In this document: positions 21,156 to 31,698 of the stretch, in pieces
Numbering within the stretch: position 1 is the first letter of the stretch
Layout: the number at the start of each line of letters is the position of its first letter
NCBI GenBank assembly: GCA_963707215.1
Contig: CAVPPB010000003.1
Span: 1,668,788-1,732,787 of the forward strand
DNA length: 64,000 nucleotides
Direction of reading: 5' to 3'
Source: an uncultured Chloroflexia bacterium
GTDB lineage: Bacteria > Chloroflexota > Limnocylindria > Limnocylindrales > CSP1-4
The notes under the pieces: generated by a model
Told to the model about the DNA's origin: nothing
Seen by the model: the letters and a program-made list of their open reading frames with translations, nothing else
The model's database searches: none
Made by a program: the position numbers and the translations under genes

Positions 21156-23917
21156 ACCTCGAACAATTCACCCAGAAGGCCCAGGAGGCCGTCGTCGCCG
21201 CCCAGTCGCTCGCCGAGAGCCTCCAGAGCCCCGTGCTCGACGCCGAGCACCTGCTCGCCGCCCTCGTCGAGCCCGACGACGGCATCCCGGCGGAGACGCT
21301 CCGCCGCGTCGGCGTCGACCTGCCGGCCTTCCGGGGCGAGCTGGCCGCGGCACTGTCGCGACGTGCCCGGATCGCCGGGGGATCGCTGACCCTCGACGCG
21401 CGGGCCAAGCGGGCCGTCGAACGCGCCGAGGAGGAGGCCCGGCGACTCGGCGACGAGTACGTCTCCACCGAGCACCTGCTCCTCGGCGTGGCCGAGGCGG
21501 GCGGCGAGGGCCAGGCCCTCCTCGACCGCAACGGCGCGAACCGCGAGGCGATCCTCTCCGCCCTGACCTCGGTCCGCGGCGGCCAGCGGGTCACCAGCCC
21601 CAACCCGGAAACGACCTACCAGGCCCTCGAGAAGTACGGGCGGGATCTCACCGCCGACGCCCGGGCGGGCAAGCTCGACCCGGTCATCGGTCGCGACGAG
21701 GAGATCCGCCGGGTCATCCAGGTCCTCTCGCGGCGGACCAAGAACAACCCGGTCCTCATCGGCGAGCCGGGCGTCGGCAAGACGGCCATCGTCGAGGGCC
21801 TGGCCCAGCGGATCGTCCGCGGCGACGTGCCCGAGACGCTCAAGGACAAGCGGGTCGTCGCCCTCGACCTGGGCGCGCTCATCGCGGGGGCGAAGTTCCG
21901 GGGCGAGTTCGAGGAGCGCCTCAAGGCGGTCCTCAAGGAGATCCGCGACAGCGAGGGCCGGGTCGTCCTCTTCATCGACGAGCTCCACACGGTGGTCGGC
22001 GCCGGGGCCGCGGAGGGCGCGATGGACGCCTCCAACCTGCTCAAGCCGATGCTGGCCCGCGGCGAGCTCCACACGATCGGCGCGACGACGCTCGACGAGT
22101 ACCGCAAGCACGTCGAGAAGGACGCCGCCCTGGAGCGGCGCTTCCAGCCGGTCGTGGTGGACCAGCCCTCGGTCGAGGACACGATCTCGATCCTCCGCGG
22201 CCTCCGGGAGCGGTACGAGGTCCACCACGGCGTCCGCGTCACCGACTCCGCACTGGTCGCCGCGGCGACCCTCTCCGACCGCTACATCACCGAGCGGTTC
22301 CTGCCGGACAAGGCCATCGACCTGGTCGACGAGGCGGCAAGCCGGCTGCGGATGGAGATCGACTCGATGCCCGTCGAGCTCGACGAGCTCGAGCGACGGC
22401 GGATCCAGCTCGAGATCGAGCGCGAGGCGCTGCGCAAGGAGAGCGACGAGGCTTCGAAGACCCGCCTGGAGGCCCTCGAGCGGGAGCTCGCCGAGATCGC
22501 CGAGCGGGCCGGCGCGATGAAGCAGCGCTGGCAGCTCGAGAAGGACGCCATCGCCGCGATCCGGACGACCAAGGAGGAACTCGAGGCGCTCCAGGTCCGC
22601 ATCGACCAGGCCGAGCGCGAGACCGACTTCGGCACGGCCGCCCAGCTCAAGTACGGGACCCTGCCGGAGCTGCAGCAGCGGCTCCAGGCATCCGAGGCCG
22701 CCCTGGCCACCCTGCAGGGCTCCGGCCAGCTCCTCAAGGAGGAAGTCGACGCTGACGACGTGGCCGAGATCGTCTCGGCCTGGACCGGCATCCCGGTCAC
22801 CAAGCTCCTGGAGGGCGAGACGGCGAAGCTGGTCCAGATGGAGGACCGCCTCCACCGGCGGGTCATCGGCCAGGACGAGGCGGTGACGGCGGTCTCCGAC
22901 GCCGTCCGCCGGGCTCGAGCCGGCCTCAAGGACCCGAAGCGGCCGATCGGCTCGTTCCTCTTCCTTGGTCCCACGGGCGTCGGCAAGACCGAGCTCGCCC
23001 GGGCCCTGGCCGAGTTCCTCTTCGACGACGACGCCGCCATGGTCCGGATCGACATGAGCGAGTACATGGAGAAGTTCTCCGTGTCGCGGCTGGTCGGCGC
23101 CCCACCCGGCTACGTCGGCTATGAGGAGGGCGGCCAGCTGACCGAGGCCGTCCGGCGACGGCCCTACCAGGTCGTGCTCCTCGACGAGATCGAGAAGGCC
23201 CACGCGGATGTCTTCAACGTCCTCCTCCAGGTCCTCGACGACGGTCGGCTGACCGACGGCCAGGGTCGGACGGTGGACTTCCGGAACACCGTCCTCGTCA
23301 TGACGAGCAACGTCGGCTCGCAGTTCATCGCCGGCTTCGCGGCCCGCGGCGACGCCGAGGAGGACGCCACGGCCTACGAGGCGATGAAGGAGCAGATCAC
23401 CCAGTCGCTCCGGCTCCAGTTCCGGCCCGAGTTCCTCAACCGGATCGACGAGGTCATCGTCTTCCACAGCCTGAGCGACGCTGACCTTGCGGCCATCGTC
23501 GACCTGCGCCTGGCCGACCTCCAGCGGCGGATCGCCGACCAGGAACTGACCCTGGAGCTGACGCCGCAGGCACGAGCCCTCATCGCCCGGGAGGGCCATG
23601 ACCCGGCCTATGGTGCGCGGCCGATCAAGCGGTCCATCCAGCGGCTGGTCGAGAACCCGTTCGCCCGGGCCCTGATCAGCGGCGGATTCAAGCCGGGCGA
23701 CCACGTCGTCGCGGACGGCGACGCGATCGGTGGGTCCCTGGTCTTCCGGACCGAGAGCTCGACGGTCGTGGCGGAGGCGGGCGTCCGCCGTGATGCCCGC
23801 TCTCGGAGCGGGGAGCCGGCGACGACCGGCGCCCGCTCGGGTCGGCGCGGCGATGCCCTGGAGCCACCCGCGGGCGACGACGGCGGCGACGACGGAGGCG
23901 GCGCGCTGCTGAACTGA
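21152..23917 (+). CDS. clpB: ATP-dependent disaggregase ClpB
   Basis: Two AAA+ modules ([16 protein letters not shown]), M-domain coiled coil, GYVGYEEGG. Confidence 0.96.
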   Translation: MNLEQFTQKAQEAVVAAQSLAESLQSPVLDAEHLLAALVEPDDGIPAETLRRVGVDLPAFRGELAAALSRRARIAGGSLTLDARAKRAVERAEEEARRLGDEYVSTEHLLLGVAEAGGEGQALLDRNGANREAILSALTSVRGGQRVTSPNPETTYQALEKYGRDLTADARAGKLDPVIGRDEEIRRVIQVLSRRTKNNPVLIGEPGVGKTAIVEGLAQRIVRGDVPETLKDKRVVALDLGALIAGAKFRGEFEERLKAVLKEIRDSEGRVVLFIDELHTVVGAGAAEGAMDASNLLKPMLARGELHTIGATTLDEYRKHVEKDAALERRFQPVVVDQPSVEDTISILRGLRERYEVHHGVRVTDSALVAAATLSDRYITERFLPDKAIDLVDEAASRLRMEIDSMPVELDELERRRIQLEIEREALRKESDEASKTRLEALERELAEIAERAGAMKQRWQLEKDAIAAIRTTKEELEALQVRIDQAERETDFGTAAQLKYGTLPELQQRLQASEAALATLQGSGQLLKEEVDADDVAEIVSAWTGIPVTKLLEGETAKLVQMEDRLHRRVIGQDEAVTAVSDAVRRARAGLKDPKRPIGSFLFLGPTGVGKTELARALAEFLFDDDAAMVRIDMSEYMEKFSVSRLVGAPPGYVGYEEGGQLTEAVRRRPYQVVLLDEIEKAHADVFNVLLQVLDDGRLTDGQGRTVDFRNTVLVMTSNVGSQFIAGFAARGDAEEDATAYEAMKEQITQSLRLQFRPEFLNRIDEVIVFHSLSDADLAAIVDLRLADLQRRIADQELTLELTPQARALIAREGHDPAYGARPIKRSIQRLVENPFARALISGGFKPGDHVVADGDAIGGSLVFRTESSTVVAEAGVRRDARSRSGEPATTGARSGRRGDALEPPAGDDGGDDGGGALLN

Positions 23918-23940
23918 CCCGGAGGGCGTAGCCTCTGGGC

Positions 23941-24630
23941 ATGGACTACGCCGAGGCCGTCGACCGCCTGGCGCGACCGTTCCCGGAGCGCTGGCCGCAG
24001 CCGCCGGCAGCGCTCACGCCGATCCTGACCTCGACCGGCGGGCGACGGCCGGAGGAGCCCGAGGGCTCGGCCGTCCCGCGGGCGGCCGCGGTCCTCGTCC
24101 TCGTGATCCCGGGGCCCCACGGCGACGCCCGGGTGGTCCTGACCGAGCGTGCCCATCTCGGCGGCCACCACAGCGGCGAGGTCTCGCTGCCCGGCGGTGC
24201 CATGGAGCCCGACGATGCCGACGACATCGCGGCCGCGTTCCGCGAGGCGAGCGAGGAGATCGGCCTCGACGCGCGAGCCGCCGGCGTCCGGTTCGTCGGC
24301 CGCCTGGAACCGTTCGTCATCCCGGTCAGCGGCTTCACGGTCACACCGGTCGTCGCGGTCGCCCGCCACCGGTGGCACTGGCACGCCCGCCCCGAGGAGG
24401 TCCGAAGGATCGTCGAGGCACCGCTCGCCGCCTTTCTGCCGGATGCCCCGATCGTGCTCGTCCACGACGAGATCCAGGGCATGCCGCTCCGCTATGGTGC
24501 CTACCCGGTCGAGGACCTCGTGGTCTGGGGTGCGACGGCGCGGATCCTGTCACAGCTGGGGGCGATCCTCGCGGGCCAGGCAGGCCCGGACGTCGAGGAT
24601 CAGCGGGGCTCGCCCTCGGCAGGGTCGTAG
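23941..24630 (+). CDS. NUDIX hydrolase, CoA pyrophosphatase type
   Basis: LTERA...HSGEVSLPGG, AFREASEEIG, VWGATARIL. Confidence 0.88.
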   Translation: MDYAEAVDRLARPFPERWPQPPAALTPILTSTGGRRPEEPEGSAVPRAAAVLVLVIPGPHGDARVVLTERAHLGGHHSGEVSLPGGAMEPDDADDIAAAFREASEEIGLDARAAGVRFVGRLEPFVIPVSGFTVTPVVAVARHRWHWHARPEEVRRIVEAPLAAFLPDAPIVLVHDEIQGMPLRYGAYPVEDLVVWGATARILSQLGAILAGQAGPDVEDQRGSPSAGS

Positions 24631-25073
24631 GTCGGGACCGGCCGGTCGTCCTCGCGGAGCGAGCCCTCGCCCCGCTCGATCGGACCGCCGGTGGCGGCCG
24701 ACACCGGGAGGGCCCCGGCCTCGAGGTAGCCGACAGCCGGCGGCCCGATCGGCAGCTCGACCACGATGGCCCGCATCTCGGAGACGTCCGTCCAGGCCGA
24801 GTGGTCGATGCCTGGTGGCCACAGGACGGCCTCTCCGGCGGCGACCCTCGCCCGTTCCTCGCCGACGCTCACCCAGCCACCGCCCTCGATGACGACGAAC
24901 CAGGTCAGGTTCGGGTTCGAATGGGGCTCGATGCGCGCTGCCCGGCGGAAGGCCAGCTCGGCGACGACCCCCTCGTTCCCGGCGTGGATCGGCTGACCGG
25001 CGACCCCGCTCGAACCCTCCGGTCCGTGCGGCCGTCGATGGCCGACCCCGAAGCGGCGGATCTCGATCGGCAT
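24600..25073 (-). CDS. Cupin domain protein
   Basis: IEPHSNPN..WFVVIEGGG, WPPGIDH. Confidence 0.75.
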   Translation of the reverse strand: MPIEIRRFGVGHRRPHGPEGSSGVAGQPIHAGNEGVVAELAFRRAARIEPHSNPNLTWFVVIEGGGWVSVGEERARVAAGEAVLWPPGIDHSAWTDVSEMRAIVVELPIGPPAVGYLEAGALPVSAATGGPIERGEGSLREDDRPVPTYDPAEGEPR

Positions 25074-25107
25074 GGCGGCCTCCCTGGACCGCTCCCGGTC
25101 CTGGGCC

Positions 25108-25542
25108 CTAGCGCCGGCGGCGCCGGCGGCGGGCCGTCTTGGGCCGGATGGTCGTCTCCGGGTGGCTGAAGCGCTCCCGGCTGAAGTACCGCTGGCGGGC
25201 CAGCCGCTGCTCGTAGCCCGCGATGATGGGCGGGAAGCGAACGAAGCGGATCCAGACCATCACGCCAAGGCCGACGATCTCGAGGGTCAGCGGGATGATG
25301 AAGTCGAAGACGAAGAGCGCGCTGACGATGAGGCCGCCGTAGACGGCGACGCCGCTCCAGAGCAGCCACTCGTAGAGGGCCAGGTACGGCGGATGGTGGC
25401 GGAGCTGTCGGGTCCGCACGAGATACAGGGCGAGCACGCCGACGAGGAGGACGGACGCGGCGACGACCGTGGGGAGGAAGGTGTCCTCGAAGTTCGCCGA
25501 GTTGAACGAGAGGAAGAGGTACTCCCAGGGTGGCAGTTCCAT
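25108..25542 (-). CDS. Small 3-TM membrane protein with basic C-terminus
   Basis: Hydrophobic segments; ends in RRRRRRR. Confidence 0.7.
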   Translation of the reverse strand: MELPPWEYLFLSFNSANFEDTFLPTVVAASVLLVGVLALYLVRTRQLRHHPPYLALYEWLLWSGVAVYGGLIVSALFVFDFIIPLTLEIVGLGVMVWIRFVRFPPIIAGYEQRLARQRYFSRERFSHPETTIRPKTARRRRRRR

Positions 25543-25735
25543 GTCGAGGCGGGTCCTCGTCGCTTCGGGGATGACAGCCGGCGGGTCGCCGGGACGCGGT
25601 CCGAGCCGGGACCGCAGCGGGCGACGCTCGCCGAGTATGCCACGAGCCGGCGCTATACTCGGGCGCCGGACGCGCGACCCCGAGCCATCCGTGCGCCGTC
25701 GTACGGCTCGACCCCGACCGGCGACCCAGGAGGTG

Positions 25736-27292
25736 ATGGAACCCTTGCGAGCGTTGCTCTCCGTCGCTGATCGGACCGGGCTCGTCCGGTTCGCCCGCGA
25801 GCTCCTCGACCTGGGAGTCGAGATCTACGCGACCGACGGGACCCGCGACCATCTCGCCGCTGACGGCATCGAGGTCGGGAGCGTCGCCGAGCTGACGAAC
25901 GTCCCGTCGCTCGCCGGGGGCCAGGTCAAGACCTTCCATCCGGCCGTCTACGCGGGGATCCTGGCCCGTCGCGACCGCGCCGAGCAGATGGCCGAGCTGG
26001 CCGCCAACGACCTCGCCCCCATCGACCTGGTCGTGGTCAACGTCACCCCGTTCGCCCCGGAGGTGGGCCGGGCGCTCATGGGTCTCGATGAAGCGATCGA
26101 GATGATCGACGTGGGAGGCGCGGCCCTGCTGGGGGCGGCCGCCCGCAACGCCGCAGGCGTGACCGCGGTGGCCGACCCGGGCAACTACGAACTCGTCATC
26201 ACCGAGCTCCGCGAGTTCGGCGGGACCACCCCCGAGACGCGCGCCCGGCTCGCAGCCGAGGCCTTCGGCATGGTCGCCGCCTACCACGCCGAGATCGCCG
26301 CCTACCTGAACCAGATCGCCGGCAACCGCTATCCCCACCGATTGGCGATGGTCCTCACGAAGGTCGACGACCTGCGCTCGGGCGAGAACCCTCATCAGGA
26401 GGCCGCCTTCTACCGCGAGACGACCCACCGCAGCGGCACGATCGCCGACGCGACCCGCGTCCAGGGGCCGCCACCGACCTTCAACGACCTGCTCGACTTC
26501 GACGCCGCGTACCGGATGGCTCGTGACTTCACGTCGCCGACGGTCGCCCTCGTCCGGCACACGGATCCGGTGGGTCTGGCATCGGCCGACTCCCTGACGG
26601 AGGCCTACGCGAAGGCCCTCGAGACCGATCCGGTCGCCGCCTTCGGCGGGATCGTCGGGGTCAACCGGGAGCTCAACGAGGGCACCGCCCGCGAGATCAT
26701 GGCCAACTCGTACGAGGGCGTGATCGCCCCGGGCTACTCCGAGGTGGCCCTGCGGATCCTTGGCGAGCGGCCGACCCTCGAGCTCCTGGCCGTGCCGCCG
26801 GACCCGGTCGACGGGATGCGCGACTACGGGATCGCGAGTCTCGATTTCAAGCGGGTCGGTGGCGGCCTGCTGGTCGAGGACCTCGACGCCCTGGCCCTCG
26901 ACAAGGGCCACCTCCAGGTCGTCACGAAGCGCCGGCCGACGCTCGAGGAGCTGACCGACCTGCTGTTCGCCTGGCGGACGGTCCGGCACGTGCGGTCCAA
27001 CGCCATCGTCCTCGCCCGTGACGGCGCGACCGTCGGGATCGGGGCGGCCCAGACGAGCCGCGGCACGGCCGTCGAGATCGCCCTCCGCAAGTCCGGCGAG
27101 CGAGCCCGCCTGGCGGTCATGGCCAGCGACGCCTACTTCCCCTTCCCTGATGTCATCTCGATGGCGGCGATGTCAGGGGTGACCGCCATCATCCAGCCGG
27201 GCGGTTCGATCCGCGACGAGATGGCCGTGGAGGTAGCCGACCGGCACCACCTGGCGATGGTGTTCACGGGGCGGCGACACTTCCGCCACTGA
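25736..27292 (+). CDS. purH: PurH-family protein (AICAR transformylase/IMP cyclohydrolase) with substituted active-site residues
   Basis: ATG 25736 after AGGAGG; full-length PurH motifs (GENPHQ, ASDAYFPF, QPGGSIRD, GRRHFRH) but many catalytic positions are changed. Confidence 0.85.
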   Translation: MEPLRALLSVADRTGLVRFARELLDLGVEIYATDGTRDHLAADGIEVGSVAELTNVPSLAGGQVKTFHPAVYAGILARRDRAEQMAELAANDLAPIDLVVVNVTPFAPEVGRALMGLDEAIEMIDVGGAALLGAAARNAAGVTAVADPGNYELVITELREFGGTTPETRARLAAEAFGMVAAYHAEIAAYLNQIAGNRYPHRLAMVLTKVDDLRSGENPHQEAAFYRETTHRSGTIADATRVQGPPPTFNDLLDFDAAYRMARDFTSPTVALVRHTDPVGLASADSLTEAYAKALETDPVAAFGGIVGVNRELNEGTAREIMANSYEGVIAPGYSEVALRILGERPTLELLAVPPDPVDGMRDYGIASLDFKRVGGGLLVEDLDALALDKGHLQVVTKRRPTLEELTDLLFAWRTVRHVRSNAIVLARDGATVGIGAAQTSRGTAVEIALRKSGERARLAVMASDAYFPFPDVISMAAMSGVTAIIQPGGSIRDEMAVEVADRHHLAMVFTGRRHFRH

Positions 27293-27353
27293 CAGCTGAT
27301 ACCGCGTCCCGATGTCCAGCGCGGGCCTCGAGGCGACATGAGAGGAGGCGATC

Positions 27354-28328
27354 ATGGAGCAGGTCCTCGCGCTCGAGATGGTCCGGGTCACCGAGGCCGC
27401 CGCGATCGCCTCGGCCCGGACGATGGGTCGGGGCGACCGCGATGGTGCCGATCAGGCGGCCACCGAGGCCATGCGGACCGCCATGGACGAGGCCGATATC
27501 CATGGCCGGATCGTCATCGGCGAGGGGGAACGTGACGAGGCCCCCATGCTCTACATCGGCGAGCTCGTGGGCATCCGGGACGGTTCCTCGCCCGAGGTCG
27601 ACATCGCCGTCGACCCGCTCGAGGGCACCAACCTGGTCGCCACCGGCCAGGCCAACGCGGTGACCGTCCTGGCGGCCTCGGAGCGCGGCGGCCTCCTCCA
27701 CGCTCCCGACACCTACATGGACAAGATCATGGTCGGGCCGGTGGTCGCGGGCAGCGTCGACATCCGGCGACCGCCGGCCGAGAACGTCCACCGGGTCGCC
27801 GAGGCGCTGCGCCGGCGGGTCAACGACATCACGATCATCATCCTCGAGCGGCCCCGGCACGACGACCTCATCGCCGAGGTCCGCTCCACCGGCGCCAGGA
27901 TCAAGCTCATCTCCGACGGCGACCTGTCGGCGGCCATCAGCTGCGCCGTCCAGGGCACCGGCGTCCACGCGGTCATGGGCGTCGGCGGCGCACCCGAAGG
28001 CGTGCTCTCCGCGGCGGCCCTGCGCTGCCTTGGCGGCGAGATCCAGGCGCGCTTCCGGTTCCGGAACGCCGAGGAGCGCGCCCGGGCCATCGCCATGGGC
28101 GCGGCCGACGAGGACCACGTCTACACGACCGACGAGCTGGCCTCGGGCGACAACCTCGTCTTCGCGGCGACCGGGGTCACTGACGGCGACCTGCTCCAGG
28201 GCGTTCGCTTCTTCGGCGGCGGAGCCCGGACCCACTCGCTGGTGATGGCCTACCAGACGGGCCAGGTCCGTTTCGTCGACACGGTCCACATGTTCGACCG
28301 GGCCAAGCCGCCGGCGGTCCGGCTCTAG
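27354..28328 (+). CDS. glpX: Fructose-1,6-bisphosphatase class II
   Basis: [32 protein letters not shown]. Confidence 0.95.
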   Translation: MEQVLALEMVRVTEAAAIASARTMGRGDRDGADQAATEAMRTAMDEADIHGRIVIGEGERDEAPMLYIGELVGIRDGSSPEVDIAVDPLEGTNLVATGQANAVTVLAASERGGLLHAPDTYMDKIMVGPVVAGSVDIRRPPAENVHRVAEALRRRVNDITIIILERPRHDDLIAEVRSTGARIKLISDGDLSAAISCAVQGTGVHAVMGVGGAPEGVLSAAALRCLGGEIQARFRFRNAEERARAIAMGAADEDHVYTTDELASGDNLVFAATGVTDGDLLQGVRFFGGGARTHSLVMAYQTGQVRFVDTVHMFDRAKPPAVRL

Positions 28329-28340
28329 GCTGCGGGCCGG

Positions 28341-28985
28341 TCAGGCGTCGGCCGGGGCAGCGTCGGCCGGGGCAGCGTCGGCCGGGGCCCACTCGGCGCC
28401 GTCCCAGCGGGCGACCGGCCGCACCGCGTCGGCACCCTCGATCGCGACGCGTCGGCGGCGGGCCGTCTCGACCGTCTCCCGCCATCCCGGCGGGACGAGG
28501 CCCGGCGCGAGATCGGCCAGCGGGGCCAGCACGAACAGGCGCTCCGCCGCCTCCGGATGCGGGACGACCAGCAGTCGGCCCGCCTTCGACGGATCCTGGT
28601 CGAGGTCGATCGGGACGCCCTTCGCGGGGCGCTCGACGCTGATGCGCTGGCGCCCGAAGACGAGCAGGTCGAGGTCGATCTCGCGCGGACCCCAGCGCCC
28701 CCGCGGCCGGCGTCCGAACGCCCGCTCGAGCCGCTTCAGCTCGACCAGCAGCGCAACGGCCGCGCGCACGGGCTCCGGGTCGCCGATGACGTCCACGGCC
28801 ACGACGGCGTTGCGGAACTCGGGCTGGTCGGTCACCCCGACCGGCGCGCTGGCGTAGAGGCGCGAGACGCCAGCGACCCGGACGCGCTGGAGCGAGTCGA
28901 GGGCCCGGACCGCGGCGGCCAGCGTGGCAGCGGCATCTCCCAGGTTCGACCCGAGGCCGACGTAGGCGCGCACTCGTCGGGGCAC
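28341..28985 (-). CDS. folK: 2-amino-4-hydroxy-6-hydroxymethyldihydropteridine diphosphokinase
   Basis: GLGSNLGD, DQPEFRNAV, WGPREIDLDLL, PHP...ERLFVLAPL. Confidence 0.92.
   Translation of the reverse strand: MPRRVRAYVGLGSNLGDAAATLAAAVRALDSLQRVRVAGVSRLYASAPVGVTDQPEFRNAVVAVDVIGDPEPVRAAVALLVELKRLERAFGRRPRGRWGPREIDLDLLVFGRQRISVERPAKGVPIDLDQDPSKAGRLLVVPHPEAAERLFVLAPLADLAPGLVPPGWRETVETARRRRVAIEGADAVRPVARWDGAEWAPADAAPADAAPADA
28345..28388. repeat. 15-bp tandem repeat x3 in the folK 3' end (APADA)
   Basis: GCGTCGGCCGGGGCA repeated about 3 times. Confidence 0.7.
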
Positions 28986-29030
28986 TGCCTACACCTCCAT
29001 CGGCGGCCCGCGGCGGCCTAGACTCGCAGC

Positions 29031-30104
29031 GTGCCGCCGGTCACCACGGTCATCTTCCACCAGGACCCTCCGCCCCACGCCGGCCCGCTGGCCCGGGCGC
29101 TCGCGCGTACCCGCGCCGCCTTGGGCGCCCAGCACGCCCACGGGTTCCGTGTGGCGGGGTCGGACGAGGTCCGGGTCGTAGCCGGACCGCCCGACGATAC
29201 GACCTTCGGGCAGCGGGCGCGCGAGCAGCTCGGCGGACTCGAGGGACGCGGCCTGGTCATGCTGGGCTCGGGCTCGCTCGCCCTGGCCAGCCTCCGCGAC
29301 CGGCGGGCGTTCGTCACGGTCGCCGCGTCGGGCCAGGCGCGAGCCCTCACGAACAGCCGCTACTCGGCCGACGCGATGGCCGTGGGCCGAGCCGACCTCC
29401 TCCACGATCTGCCCGACCTCCGCTCGGACAACGCGCTGCCGAGATGGCTGGCCGAGCGCGAGTCGCTCGAGGTCGAGGATCTGGGCCGGCGCTGGCACCT
29501 GGCGGTCGATCTCGACTCGCCGCTCGACCTGCTCATCGTCGCCCGGTCCCCGCGACCGCCGGGCTGGGCTCGACGCGCTGCCGCGGACCTCCCGGCCGGA
29601 ACGGTGGCGGCCCGGCTCGATGCCGTCGGCCGGGTCTCCTCCGACCCCCGGGCGGAGCTGATCGTCACCGGACGGACCTCCGCCCGGACACTCGCCTGGC
29701 TGGAACGCCGGACCGAGAGCCGGACCCGGGCGATCGTCGAGGAGCGGGGGCTCAAGGCCAGCGAGACGATCGGCGGCGACGGTGACCAGCGCCCGCCCCG
29801 CTCGCTGCTCGGAGCGCAGCTCGACCTGGCCGGACCCGAGGCTTTCGGCTCGCTGCTGGCGACCCTCGCCGATGCTGCCCTCATCGATCTGCGAGTCCTC
29901 CTTGCCCACCGGCTCGGTCCGGACCAGGCGGCCTGGCCGTCGCCCGAGGACCGCTACGCGGCCGACCTCCTCCAGGCCGAAGGGATCGAGGACCGCTGGC
30001 TCCGTGCCCTCGTCCGATCCGCCCTGGACGCCCCGATCCCGGTCGTGCTCGGTGGCCACACGCTGGTCGGGCCCGGGATCCGGCTCGTCGTGGCGCGGGC
30101 GTAG
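29031..30104 (+). CDS. Conserved hypothetical protein, possible CofC-like nucleotidyltransferase (GT-A) fold
   Basis: DLDSPLDL resembles CofC DVDTPxDL; TNSRYSAD, EERG, GGHTLV; leaderless GTG. Confidence 0.6.
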   Translation: MPPVTTVIFHQDPPPHAGPLARALARTRAALGAQHAHGFRVAGSDEVRVVAGPPDDTTFGQRAREQLGGLEGRGLVMLGSGSLALASLRDRRAFVTVAASGQARALTNSRYSADAMAVGRADLLHDLPDLRSDNALPRWLAERESLEVEDLGRRWHLAVDLDSPLDLLIVARSPRPPGWARRAAADLPAGTVAARLDAVGRVSSDPRAELIVTGRTSARTLAWLERRTESRTRAIVEERGLKASETIGGDGDQRPPRSLLGAQLDLAGPEAFGSLLATLADAALIDLRVLLAHRLGPDQAAWPSPEDRYAADLLQAEGIEDRWLRALVRSALDAPIPVVLGGHTLVGPGIRLVVARA

Positions 30105-30114
30105 CATCGGGCCG

Positions 30115-31329
30115 ATGGACCTCGAACCGGGCCTGCGGCGCGGACCGTTGCCGGACCCCACGACGGTCGGCGAGGATCCCGTGCTCGTCGACCGGCTCCG
30201 GGCGTCCATCGAGGCCGAGGGGCCGATCACCTTCGCCCGGTTCATGGAGACCGCCCTCTACGATCCGGAGCGGGGCTACTACCGGTCGCCGGAGGCCAGG
30301 CCCACCCGCGAGGGCGACTTCCTGTCCGCTGCCGAGATCCACCCGGTCTTCGGCCGGATGGTCGGCCGACAGCTGACCGACGCCTGGGAACGGCTGGACC
30401 GGCCGGATCCGTTCGTGCTCCGGGAGGACGGCGCCGGCTCCGGGACGCTGGGCCTGGCCGTCCTCGCCGGTCTGGCGGCAGACGGATCCGACCTGGCCGA
30501 AGCGCTCCGCTACCTGCCCGTCGAGCTCAACGTCCACCGGCTGGAGGAGCTGCATGCTCGCTTCGACCAGGTCGGCCTGGGGTCGCGTGTGCTGTCGACG
30601 TCCACGACCCCGGGCCGACTCGCCGGCGCGATCCTGGCCAACGAGCTCCTCGACGCGCTCCCGGTGCACCGCCTGACGGTCGTCGACGGGAGGTTGCGCG
30701 AGATCCTCGTCGGGTGGGATGGCCGCTTCGTGGACGTGCTCGGCGAGCCGAGCACGTCGGTCCTCGCGGACCGCCTGGCGGCCGAGGGCATCGTCCTCGC
30801 CGAGGGTCAGCGGGCCGAGGTCTGCCTGGCGATCGACGACTGGGTGGCCGGTACCGCGACCGCCCTCGCTCGCGGGCTCGTGGTGATCATCGACTACGGC
30901 CACCCAGCCCCCGAGCTCTACGGTCCCGAGCGCCGCGAGGGCCGCCTGCGCGCCTACGTCCGCCACACCGTCCACGGCGATCCCTACGTGCACGTCGGGC
31001 GCCAGGACCTGACGGCCCACGTCGACCTGACGGCCGTCGAGCGGGCTGCCGTCGGTGCCGGACTCGACGTGATCGGTACCACGACCCAGGCCGAGTTCCT
31101 GGCCGGGCTGGGTCTCGGCGATGTCCTGGCGACCGAGGCCACCGACCCTGCGACCGACCCGGCCGAGTACCTGGCCCTGCGCTCGGCGGTCGTCCGCCTC
31201 ATCGATCCGCGCGCCATGGGGGCCTTCAAGGTCATGCTCCTCGGCCGGGGTCTGCCGGTGGAGCCGCCGCTCGCTGGCCTCGCCTTCCGGCTGCCGCCGC
31301 GACCCACCGGCAGGGTCGCCCACGGATAG
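30115..31329 (+). CDS. MidA/NDUFAF7-family SAM-dependent methyltransferase
   Basis: GPITFARFMETALYDP..GYY, GDF, GAGSG, ANELLDALPVH, IDYG, GRQDLTAHVD; ATG 30115. Confidence 0.88.
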   Translation: MDLEPGLRRGPLPDPTTVGEDPVLVDRLRASIEAEGPITFARFMETALYDPERGYYRSPEARPTREGDFLSAAEIHPVFGRMVGRQLTDAWERLDRPDPFVLREDGAGSGTLGLAVLAGLAADGSDLAEALRYLPVELNVHRLEELHARFDQVGLGSRVLSTSTTPGRLAGAILANELLDALPVHRLTVVDGRLREILVGWDGRFVDVLGEPSTSVLADRLAAEGIVLAEGQRAEVCLAIDDWVAGTATALARGLVVIIDYGHPAPELYGPERREGRLRAYVRHTVHGDPYVHVGRQDLTAHVDLTAVERAAVGAGLDVIGTTTQAEFLAGLGLGDVLATEATDPATDPAEYLALRSAVVRLIDPRAMGAFKVMLLGRGLPVEPPLAGLAFRLPPRPTGRVAHG

Positions 31330-31574
31330 GGCGTCTTCCCCATTGCGCCCCGGGCGGTGCCGGGCGGACCCTGCCGCTGCGACGCGGACCGGCAGGGCAC
31401 GGCCGGCCCGCGTTCTCGCACCGCCGGGGAGTGGGCGTGGACCTGCACGCGCGCTCGGCGCGCTCACTCCCCGACCTTCTCGGCCCATCGGAGACCCGGT
31501 CGCATGGCGCCGCTCCGGGCCGCCGAGCGCCATGCTCATCGCCCGGCCCCGGCCCGATGACGGCCGGGGCCCGC

Positions 31575-31583
31575 TGCTAGAAT
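31575..31583 (+). promoter_or_regulatory. Extended -10 promoter upstream of the nuo operon
   Basis: TGcTAGAAT about 115 nt before nuoA. Confidence 0.55.
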
Positions 31584-31698
31584 GGCCGTGCGTGGGCGAT
31601 CCTCGCGGACGCCTCGTGCCCTCCCACGCGAGGGCTTCCGGGACGAACAGCGCATCGCGGCCGCTGGACCCGAGCGGCGCCGCTGGAAGTGAGGATCG

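Noticed and set aside
25660-25735. ZMP/ZTP (pfl) riboswitch upstream of purH
   Set aside because: The leader lacks the GACTGGCG and GCCTGGGC conserved elements.
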